Shown piece after piece: positions 56,607-64,000 of a stretch of DNA of 64,000 nucleotides (positions within the stretch are counted from its first letter, which is position 1; every line of letters starts with the position of its first letter). The notes below the pieces were generated by a model, which was not told where the DNA came from, ran no database searches, and saw only the letters and a list, made by a program, of their open reading frames with translations. Made by a program: the position numbers and the translations under genes. The stretch is from Acutalibacteraceae bacterium (GTDB lineage Bacteria; Bacillota; Clostridia; Oscillospirales; Acutalibacteraceae). Location of the stretch: positions 9,874 through 73,873 of the forward strand of contig JAZRKJ010000086.1 in assembly GCA_045646245.1 (NCBI GenBank). The letters are read 5' to 3'.

Positions 56607-56638
56607 TTTGAACGATATGTCAATAATTTTGAACGATA
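56607..56638 (+). promoter_or_regulatory. Direct repeat TTTGAACGATA x2 phased at 21 bp upstream of the GH2 gene, a candidate AraC-type site
   Basis: Copies lie at 56607-56617 and 56628-56638. TATAAT-like -10 elements follow at ~56667. Confidence 0.45.
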
Positions 56639-56705
56639 CGATATTGTTTTTCGGTTTTTAATATTTTATAATATATATAATATTTTTTTACAAAGGGGTA
56701 ATATT

Positions 56706-58412
56706 GTGCGTAGACTCTTTGATGAACATATTATTAGAAAATACACTTTTCTCGACGGCGCCTGGGATTTCTGTGCCGATCCGGATAATATCGGCGAAAG
56801 CCAAGGGTATTATGACGGACTTAAAAAAAGCGAAACCGTAACCGTTCCTTCGGTATGGAATAATAAGTTAAGTCTCTTTAATTACCAAGGCGTTTGCTGG
56901 TACCAGAAAGACTTTTATTTTGAAGGTACCGCCCGTCTTGTTTTCGAAGGTGTTATGACCGAATGTAAGGTATGGCTTGACGGACAGTACTTAGGCTACC
57001 ATTACGGCGGTTTTTGTCAGTTTGATTTTATAGTTCCGGATTTAAAAGCGGGTATGCATAAACTTGTTTTGAAGGTAGACAATTCCTTTGACGAAAATTC
57101 CATTCCTCAAAATGAAGTGGACTGGTTCCGTTTCGGCGGAATAACAAGAAGCGTTTCGGTTGAAAAACTTGAAGGCGTTGCAATTACTTACGGCAAGTTC
57201 GATTACGTTTTAAACGAGGACAGAACCGAAGCCGACGTTATTTTCACTGCCGAGCTTTACGGCGCGGACAAGAAAAAAGAAACCACTCTTAATATAACTC
57301 TTGACGGTGAAACTTTGTTTTCCAAAAAGATTGCTCTTCGCAGAAATTCCAAAGAAACTATTGTTAGTGAAAAAATCAAGGTAAAGAATATAAAGCTCTG
57401 GGACGTTGACTCCCCTTATCTTTACACCCTGACCTTTTCTACCGATACCGACGACCTTATTGACAAGGTAGGTTTCCGTACAATAGAAGTTAAAGACTGT
57501 AAACTATGGCTCAACGGTAAAAATCTTGAAATCAGAGGTGTTAACCGTCACGAAGACCATCCTGAATTCGGTATGTCTGTTCCTGCGGCGGCTATGGAAC
57601 GCGACCTTGACATAATTATTGATATGGGTTGCAACGCCGTAAGAGGCTCTCACTACCCCAATTCAAGAATATTCCTTGATATGCTTGACCAAAGAGGAAT
57701 TCTTTTCTGGAGTGAAATTCCCATTTGGGGATGTGGATTTAAGGAAGAAACTCTAAAAAACAAAAAAGTTTTGAAACGCGGATTGGAAATGCATAAAGAA
57801 ATGGTTCGTTGCTACTATAACCACCCATCTATTATTCTTTGGGGTATGCACAACGAAATACGTTCTAATACCGACGCCGCCTTCATAATGTCTAAGCTTT
57901 ATTACACTTATCTAAAAACCAACGGAGGTAATCGTCTTGTAACTTATGCTTCCGATAAGCCTATGATAGACATTTGTTTCGAATTTTGCGATATTATTTC
58001 AATTAATCAATATTTTGGCTGGTACATCGGAACCAGAGAGGATTGGAAGGACTTCCCCGATAAGTTCGATAAACGCAGAAGAGAATTAGGTTTTGGAGAC
58101 AAACCCGTTATTATGAGTGAATTCGGCGGCGCCGCCTCTTACGGCTACCACACTTTCGGTGACGTTAAATGGACCGAAGAATACCAAGCCAAGCTTCACG
58201 AAATAGCGCTTCAAACCTTCCACGACTGTCCTTATATGGTAGGCTCTTATATCTGGCAGTTCTGTGATACGGGTTCCGACAAAGACGTTGCTAAAGTTAA
58301 AACCCTTAACAACAAAGGTTTATTAAGCGCTTACCGTGAACCTAAAATGGCTTATTTCACCGTAAAAGAAAAATATTTAAAATTCAAGGAAGAGGCAGAA
58401 AACAATGGCTAA
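56706..58412 (+). CDS. GH2 beta-hexuronidase (beta-glucuronidase-like; possibly galacturonide-active)
   Basis: It has VNRHEDHPEFG, the acid/base region ILWGMHNE, the nucleophile region VIMSEFGG, and a carboxylate-recognising N-x-K motif (TLNNKGLL). The start is taken at GTG 56706 after AAAGGGG. The track ORF from 56478 is a low-complexity extension through the promoter region. Confidence 0.8.
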   Translation: MRRLFDEHIIRKYTFLDGAWDFCADPDNIGESQGYYDGLKKSETVTVPSVWNNKLSLFNYQGVCWYQKDFYFEGTARLVFEGVMTECKVWLDGQYLGYHYGGFCQFDFIVPDLKAGMHKLVLKVDNSFDENSIPQNEVDWFRFGGITRSVSVEKLEGVAITYGKFDYVLNEDRTEADVIFTAELYGADKKKETTLNITLDGETLFSKKIALRRNSKETIVSEKIKVKNIKLWDVDSPYLYTLTFSTDTDDLIDKVGFRTIEVKDCKLWLNGKNLEIRGVNRHEDHPEFGMSVPAAAMERDLDIIIDMGCNAVRGSHYPNSRIFLDMLDQRGILFWSEIPIWGCGFKEETLKNKKVLKRGLEMHKEMVRCYYNHPSIILWGMHNEIRSNTDAAFIMSKLYYTYLKTNGGNRLVTYASDKPMIDICFEFCDIISINQYFGWYIGTREDWKDFPDKFDKRRRELGFGDKPVIMSEFGGAASYGYHTFGDVKWTEEYQAKLHEIALQTFHDCPYMVGSYIWQFCDTGSDKDVAKVKTLNNKGLLSAYREPKMAYFTVKEKYLKFKEEAENNG

Positions 58413-59711
58413 TATTACCGATTATAAAAAGGAACAACGTCCCGTCAAGGTTTTGCAGTTCGGCGAAGGTGGCTTCTTAAGAGGCTTTATTGACTGGATG
58501 ATTAAAAAGATGAACGATGCAAACGTTTTTAATTCAAACGTTACGGTCGTTCAGCCCATAGCAAACGGTCTTTGCCAAAAATTAAACGACCAAAACGGAC
58601 TTTATACACATATCATATGTGGCAATGAAGGAACCGAAACCACGCTTATTGACGTTATTGATTCTTGCATTAACCCTTACGACGATTACGAGGGATATTT
58701 GAATTTAAGTTTAAATAAAGACCTTCGCTTTATAGTTTCCAATACCACCGAAGCGGGCATTACCTTTGACCCAACAGATAAAAACGACGGTACTGTTCCA
58801 AAAAGCTTCCCCGCAAAGCTCACCGTATTTATGCTAAAGCGTTTTGAAAGCGGGTTGTCCGGTTTTATTCTTATTCCCTGTGAGCTTATTGACCGCAACG
58901 GCGACAAGTTAAAGGAAACCGTTCTTTCCTACGCAAAGCTTTGGAATCTTAGCGAAGATTTTATCAACTGGGTAGAAAAGGAAAACATTTTCTGCAACAC
59001 TCTTGTTGACAGAATCAATACAGGATATCCTAAAGATGAAAAAATCGACCTTCCTTATGAAGACGAAATGCTTAATACTTCGGAATATTTTCATCTTTTT
59101 GTTATTGAAACCGATTATGACCTTGAAAACGAAATGCCCTTTTCCAAAGCGGGACTTAACGTTATTGTTACCAAAGATGCACTTGAGCGTTACCGCACAA
59201 GAAAAGTACGCATTTTAAACGGTTCTCACACTTCTATTGTCTGCTACGGTTTACTAAACGGGCTTGAAACGATTGACGACTGTATGAAGGACAAAACTGT
59301 TAAAGAGTTTTTATCACGTTGCCTTTTCGATGAATTTATTCCCACACTTGATTTACCCGAAAAAGAGCTTCAGGATTACGCCGAAAGCGTACTGGTTCGT
59401 TTTGACAATCCTTATATTAAGCATTACCTTTCATCCATTGTTTTAAACTCGGTAAGCAATTTACAGTACGCGTTTTGCCATCAGTTAAAATATACAAGGA
59501 ACGCTTTGGAAAGTACCCCGAAAACCTTATTTTCGGTTTTTCAAAGCTTATTGAGTTTTACAAAAAGGGTCAGCCTAACGACGCTCCCGAAGTTATCGCT
59601 GCAATTAAAAACGGATCTTTAAAGGAAATCCTTAAAAACGTTTCCCTTTGGTGCGAAGACCTTTCAGATTTAGAGGAGGCACTTCTTAATGCAAATCCAT
59701 CCATCGGATAA
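58405..59711 (+). pseudogene. uxaB: Tagaturonate reductase (altronate oxidoreductase) interrupted by a -1 frameshift
   Basis: Frame 1 reads KVLQFGEGGFLRGFIDWMI...FDNPYIKHYLSSIVLNS and then degenerates. The true C-terminus GKQFTVRVLPSVKIYKERFGKYPENLIFGFSKLIEFYKKG...ANPSIG continues in another frame to 59711. The switch is at ~59446-59456. Confidence 0.75.
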
Positions 59712-61062
59712 CGTTGAAGTCAAGCTCGACGGACAAAAATACGCCCTTATTGATATTAAAAAGGGTGAAAATATTATAAAATACGGTTTTCCCATAGGCC
59801 ACGCAAAAAAAGATATTTTCAAAGGGGAGCAAGTAAACCCTTCTAATTTAAAGTCTAATTTAAGCGGTACCGACAACTGGGAATACCGCCCTATTTTTGA
59901 GCCTGAAATCAACTTTGAAAAGGGTTTCTTTTACGGGTATATCCGCGAAAACGGTGAAGTAGGTGTCAGAAACGATATTTGGGTAATACCTACCGTTGGT
60001 TGTATTAACGATACCGCAAAGCTTATAGCCAACCAAAACGGCGTTAAAGCCTTCACCCACCCCTACGGCTGTTCTCAGTTAGGCGGCGATTTGCTAACCA
60101 CTCAAAAATTCCTTTGCGGCCTTATAAAGCACCCCAACGCCGGTGGCGTTCTTGTCCTCAGTCTCGGTTGCGAAAACAACCGTATTGAGCTTATGAAAGA
60201 AATGCTGGGCGAAGTAAACCCCAGCCGCATTAAATTTTTAAGCTTGCAGGACTGCGCCGACGAAACGGGCGAAGCAAAAAAACTTATCGACCAAATCAAA
60301 GAAGTAACCGAAAAGGATACAAGAAAAGAAATTCCTATAAGCAAACTGAAAATCGGTGTTAAGTGCGGCGGAAGTGACGGTTACAGCGGCATTACCGCAA
60401 ACCCGCTTGTTGGAGCGGTGGCAGATAAATTCTACACCTACGGCGCTTCTGTTCTTATGAGCGAAATACCCGAGGTTTTCGGTGCGGAGCCAATACTTCT
60501 TTCCCGCGCCGACAGCGAAGAAACCTTCCGCAATTGCGCCGATATGATTAACGCTTTCCGTCAATACTTTTTAGACCACGGCGAAAGCATTGGCGAAAAT
60601 CCTTCCCCCGGAAATATTGCAGGCGGTATTTCCACTTTAGAAGAAAAATCGTTGGGTTGTGTTCAGAAGGCAGGTAAGGTTCCGCTCCGCGGCGCTCTTG
60701 ATTTTGGAGAAAAAAGCGACGGAAACGGGCTTTATCTTGTAAACGGCCCCGGTAACGACCAGGTAGCCTGTACGGCGCTTGCCTGCAGCGGCGCTCATAT
60801 AATTATGTTTACAACAGGGAGAGGTACTCCTTACTGCGGCCCTGTACCGACCTTAAAAATCTCCACTAATACTCCCCTTTTCAAAAAGAAGTCCCATTGG
60901 ATAGATTTTAACGCAGGCAGTATTTTGGAAGGCGAAGATAAAACCCTGCTTCGTGATAAGCTTTTTAATCTTTGTATTACAACTGCTAACGGAGACTTGA
61001 CAAAAGGTGAGCAAAAGGGTTATTATGATATTGCTATATTTAAAAATGGTGTAACCCTTTAG
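59689..61062 (+). CDS. uxaA: Altronate dehydratase
   Basis: The N-terminal SAF domain reads IHPSDNVEV...IKKGENIIKYGFPIGHAKKDIFKGEQV. The C-terminal dehydratase domain reads GCENN...KCGGSDGYSGITANP. Confidence 0.88.
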   Translation: MQIHPSDNVEVKLDGQKYALIDIKKGENIIKYGFPIGHAKKDIFKGEQVNPSNLKSNLSGTDNWEYRPIFEPEINFEKGFFYGYIRENGEVGVRNDIWVIPTVGCINDTAKLIANQNGVKAFTHPYGCSQLGGDLLTTQKFLCGLIKHPNAGGVLVLSLGCENNRIELMKEMLGEVNPSRIKFLSLQDCADETGEAKKLIDQIKEVTEKDTRKEIPISKLKIGVKCGGSDGYSGITANPLVGAVADKFYTYGASVLMSEIPEVFGAEPILLSRADSEETFRNCADMINAFRQYFLDHGESIGENPSPGNIAGGISTLEEKSLGCVQKAGKVPLRGALDFGEKSDGNGLYLVNGPGNDQVACTALACSGAHIIMFTTGRGTPYCGPVPTLKISTNTPLFKKKSHWIDFNAGSILEGEDKTLLRDKLFNLCITTANGDLTKGEQKGYYDIAIFKNGVTL

Positions 61063-61072
61063 GAGGAAGGTT

Positions 61073-62467
61073 ATGAGTTATTTAAAGGACAATTTTTTAC
61101 TTAAAAACAAAACCGCCGAAAATCTTTATTTCACTTATGCAAAAGATATGCCGATTTTCGACTACCACTGCCACCTGCCCGAAAAACAAATACTTGAAGA
61201 CAAACCCTTTTCCGACATTTTTGAAATCTGGCTTGCCGGCGACCATTACAAATGGCGACTAATGAGAAATTACGGTATCAGCGAAAATCTTATTACCGGA
61301 AATGCTACCAATAAAGAGAAATTTATTGCTTATTGCACCGTTCTCGGAACCGCTTTCGGCAACCCTCTTTACCATTGGTCACAGGTTGAATTAAAAGAAT
61401 TTTTCGGTTGCGAAAAGGAAATTAACGCCCAGAACGCAGAAGCAATCTGGGATGAGTGTAACGCTTATATTAAAGCCAATAATATTACTCCCTCTTCCCT
61501 TATAACCGGTTCCAACGTTCGTCATATATTCACCACCAACGAAGTTTTTGATAATATGGAAACCTTTAAGGCTATTAAAGAAAAGAATTATTCTTTCAGC
61601 GTAATTCCCGCTTTCCGTGCCGATAAAATTATGAATATTGAAGCGGCACCTTACAAATCCTATATCGGTATGCTGGAATCCCAAACCCACAAAGCGGATA
61701 ATATTGACGCTTTGGAAAAAGCAATTGAAGACCGTCTTATCGCTTTTAAAGAGGTTGGTACTACCGCAAGTGATATTGCGGTTGAAAGCGTTCTCCCCGT
61801 TTATGACAGAAACGCTGCCGATGAAGTTTATAAGAAGGCGTACAACGGCGAAAAAATCACCGACGACGAAGCAAACGTTTTCAAAGGCTACCTTACTTAT
61901 TTCCTTATGAAGCTCTACGCCAAGCACGATATAAGAACCGAACTTCACGTTGGCGCTATGAGAAACAATAACGCAAATATGTTGGCTGCATTGGGTCTTG
62001 ACACCGGCTTCGACAGCATAAGCGACACCAACAGTATTAAAAATATGTCACGCTTGTTTGATAAATTAAACAGCGAAAATTCTTTGCCTCCTACAATTGT
62101 CTTTAACCTTAACCCAAAAATGAACAGCGAGATAATGACTCTTATTGGTTGCTTCCAAAATGACCAGGTTCAGGGTAAAATGCAATACGGACCTGCTTGG
62201 TGGTTCCTTGATAACAAGGTAGGTATGGAAAAGCACCTTGAAGATTTAACCGCAACGGGACATATTGCTACCTTTGTAGGAATGCTTACCGACAGCCGTT
62301 CGCTTCTTTCCTACCCCAGACATCACTACTTCCGCAGAATACTTTGTAATTATCTCGGTACTCTTATGGAAAACGGTGAAATCACGAAGGATGAAAAAAC
62401 AGTAGGCAAAGTAATTCAAAATATTTGCTACTATAACAGTATTAACTACTTCAAAATGGAAGTGTAA
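61073..62467 (+). CDS. uxaC: Glucuronate (uronate) isomerase
   Basis: It shows MPIFDYHCHL, GDHYKWRLMR and PAWWF blocks. The protein is 464 aa. Confidence 0.9.
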   Translation: MSYLKDNFLLKNKTAENLYFTYAKDMPIFDYHCHLPEKQILEDKPFSDIFEIWLAGDHYKWRLMRNYGISENLITGNATNKEKFIAYCTVLGTAFGNPLYHWSQVELKEFFGCEKEINAQNAEAIWDECNAYIKANNITPSSLITGSNVRHIFTTNEVFDNMETFKAIKEKNYSFSVIPAFRADKIMNIEAAPYKSYIGMLESQTHKADNIDALEKAIEDRLIAFKEVGTTASDIAVESVLPVYDRNAADEVYKKAYNGEKITDDEANVFKGYLTYFLMKLYAKHDIRTELHVGAMRNNNANMLAALGLDTGFDSISDTNSIKNMSRLFDKLNSENSLPPTIVFNLNPKMNSEIMTLIGCFQNDQVQGKMQYGPAWWFLDNKVGMEKHLEDLTATGHIATFVGMLTDSRSLLSYPRHHYFRRILCNYLGTLMENGEITKDEKTVGKVIQNICYYNSINYFKMEV

Positions 62468-62501
62468 AAAGCTTAGCGTTTACTTCTAAATCAGCACTAC
62501 A

Positions 62502-62546
62502 AAAGGGACTGCCTTACTTTTCGGTAAGGCAGTCCCTTTATTATTT
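62502..62546. terminator. Bidirectional terminator between uxaC and the convergent AraC gene
   Basis: AAAGGGACTGCCTTAC-ttttcg-GTAAGGCAGTCCCTTT forms a 16-bp stem followed by ATTATTT. Confidence 0.85.
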
Positions 62547-62547
62547 A

Positions 62548-63381
62548 TTATTTTGATTCTTTCTCTTTGTTTTTGAGAGCCAGAAGGTACTTTCGGGGAG
62601 TCATCCCGAATTCCTTTTTAAAGCATCTTATTAAGTTGCAAGCATCATTTAGTCCGCAGCTTTCAGCCGTTTCCTGCTGATTCATACCTTTTTGCAGACA
62701 AAAAATCGCATTTTTTATACGACATCTATTCAAATAATCACCAAGAGTAGAGCCGGTATATTTCTTAAAAGCGGTCATAAAAGTAGTTCTTCCCACTCCC
62801 AATTTGTCCGCCAAAGTACTTGCTAAAATGTGCTCTTTATAGTTAGCGCTAACGTAAGAAAGAGCTTCGGAAATATAATACGGCATTTTTGAAAAGTCAC
62901 CGTTTTCAGCGGCGCTTTGGGAAATAAGAGATATAAGATACAAAAGCAAAATACGCTTACGGAACAAATCATTTTCCAAAGTGATTTTATTTGCAATATC
63001 AACAAATTGTTGGCATTGTTCTGCCGAAATTTTAAGTACAGACCCGTTAAGCCCGAAAACATTACTTAATTCCTGCCATTCGGGTACATAGTCGGTAACG
63101 AAGGTTTTGGAAAAGGTTATGTTAACTCTGCTGTAAAGCATATCGGGTTCACAATAAATATAGTGAGGAGTAAAGGGGCGCAAAAGCACAACCTTTGACT
63201 GAGTACTGCTTTCCTTTTTATCGGTAAAAAGAACGTTAACGTTTCCTGAAATTATAATACTTATTTCAAAGTAATTGTGCATATGATAATCAGTCATATT
63301 GGGGAAATAACCTTCATAAGTGTCGGTATGTATATCAGACCACAATTTGCCATAACCTAAAAGTTCTACCTTGCTTGACAT
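62548..63381 (-). CDS. AraC-family transcriptional regulator, probably the hexuronate cluster regulator
   Basis: The HTH blocks are ASTLADKLGVGRTTFMTAFKKYTGSTLGDY and QQETAESCGLNDACNLIRCFKKEFGMTPRKY. The start is ATG 63381 after an AGGAGGGA RBS. Confidence 0.85.
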   Translation of the reverse strand: MSSKVELLGYGKLWSDIHTDTYEGYFPNMTDYHMHNYFEISIIISGNVNVLFTDKKESSTQSKVVLLRPFTPHYIYCEPDMLYSRVNITFSKTFVTDYVPEWQELSNVFGLNGSVLKISAEQCQQFVDIANKITLENDLFRKRILLLYLISLISQSAAENGDFSKMPYYISEALSYVSANYKEHILASTLADKLGVGRTTFMTAFKKYTGSTLGDYLNRCRIKNAIFCLQKGMNQQETAESCGLNDACNLIRCFKKEFGMTPRKYLLALKNKEKESK

Positions 63382-63415
63382 TATATCATCCCTCCTACTA
63401 TTCATAATATTATCA

Positions 63416-63425
63416 TATCGTTCAA
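63416..63425 (-). promoter_or_regulatory. Third copy of the TTGAACGATA motif, inside the predicted promoter spacer of the AraC gene
   Basis: The minus strand reads TTGCAAaaaCTTGAACGATATGaTAATAT. The -35 and -10 elements are separated by 17 nt, and the motif lies within that spacer. Confidence 0.45.
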
Positions 63426-63433
63426 GTTTTTGC

Positions 63434-63473
63434 AACAAAAAACAACTGTAACACGCAAAAATGTTACAGTTGT
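63434..63473 (-). terminator. Rho-independent terminator downstream of pepD
   Basis: The minus strand reads ACAACTGTAAC-atttttgcgt-GTTACAGTTGT followed by TTTTTGTTG. Confidence 0.8.
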
Positions 63474-63480
63474 CAGTATA

Positions 63481-64000
63481 TCAAAATTTTTCAAGAAGTT
63501 TTACAATAAAGTTATAAACCCTTTCCACCGAAGACACCGAAAGTTTTTCACGGCAAGTGTGAATATCAAACATATCCGGTCCAATGGAAACAGCGTCAAG
63601 GTCGGCAATTTTTTCGCCAAGCAAGCCGCATTCAAGCCCTGCGTGAATGGCAACAACCGAAGGAGCAGTACCCGTAATTTCTTCATAAAGTGAGCACATA
63701 ACGTCGCGAAGCGGTGAACTCTTACGGTATTCCCATGCAGGATAATGGCCTTCAAAAGTCATTTTCCCGCCAAATTTCATAACGTATTCTCCCAACGTGT
63801 CAAGGAGCTTATCTTTATCAGCGTTTATGCTGCTTCTTAAAGCAAAGGATGACACAACCGCTTTTTCTTTTGTTAAAAGAACGCCAAGGTTAAGAGAGGT
63901 TTCCACAAGATTTTCTATATCATCGCTCCACCTGATAATTCCGTTAGGAACACCGCAAAGGAAATCAACGGTTTTTTTGGTGGAATCTTCAGTGAAACAC
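63481..64000 (-). CDS. pepD: Aminoacyl-histidine (Xaa-His) dipeptidase, M20C family, C-terminal part; the 5' end lies beyond the window
   Basis: The C-terminal block is VAIHAGLECGLLGEKIADLDAVSIGPDMFDIHTCREKLSVSSVERV. The frame stays open from 63906 to position 64000 (..FLCGVPNGIIRWSDDIENLVETSLNLG). Confidence 0.8.
   Translation of the reverse strand, partial: CFTEDSTKKTVDFLCGVPNGIIRWSDDIENLVETSLNLGVLLTKEKAVVSSFALRSSINADKDKLLDTLGEYVMKFGGKMTFEGHYPAWEYRKSSPLRDVMCSLYEEITGTAPSVVAIHAGLECGLLGEKIADLDAVSIGPDMFDIHTCREKLSVSSVERVYNFIVKLLEKF

Noticed and set aside
61391-61948. 185-aa minus-strand ORF inside uxaC
   Set aside because: It lies antisense to a well-supported CDS and has shadow-frame composition.

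Overview
This is a 64-kb chromosomal segment of a low-GC, endospore-forming Firmicute. It is probably a Clostridia (Oscillospirales/Ruminococcaceae-like) organism, but that taxon is a guess from Spo0A, gene content and codon style. All family calls rest on motifs I recognise in the translations; no search was run.

Gene content in order:
- 5' part of rpoB (minus strand, missed by the ORF track)
- prmA-prfB plus a trigger-factor-like PPIase lipoprotein
- a Ca-type P-type ATPase, then uvrC
- a metal-type ABC ATPase/permease pair
- GH116 glycosidase plus a LacI regulator
- a decayed glycosidase locus (5'-truncated Gfo/Idh/MocA remnant, frameshifted GH3, doubly frameshifted GH89) with a divergent AraC regulator and an acyltransferase-like gene
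- tRNA-Leu(CAA)
- one 7-gene arginine operon, argGHCJBDF
- a disrupted DUF4886 gene
- a 9-gene histidine operon, hisZGDCBHAF-IE
- metY-metA, pflBA and spo0A
- an AraC regulator plus a DUF4965/DUF1793 glutaminase-A-like protein
- rhamnose catabolism, rhaA-rhaD-rhaB, with an AraC regulator and a histidine phosphatase
- a YtrA-type GntR/ABC operon
- a hexuronate cluster (GH2 hexuronidase, frameshifted uxaB, uxaA, uxaC) with its AraC regulator
- the 3' part of pepD

I saw no rRNA, CRISPR array, transposase, integrase, phage gene or recognisable defence or toxin module, and I did not find a convincing new multi-gene system.

The most unusual items are:
- a 302-bp non-coding element with 35-37-nt terminal inverted repeats upstream of rpoB
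- indel and deletion lesions confined to accessory glycan genes
- three AraC-linked intergenic regions that each carry a different 10-11-bp direct repeat phased at exactly 21 bp; one of these motifs recurs at its regulator's own promoter
- a C-rich heptamer (G-quadruplex/telomere-like) microsatellite
- candidate operators at the his, arg and pfl promoters
- a lipoprotein paralog of trigger factor
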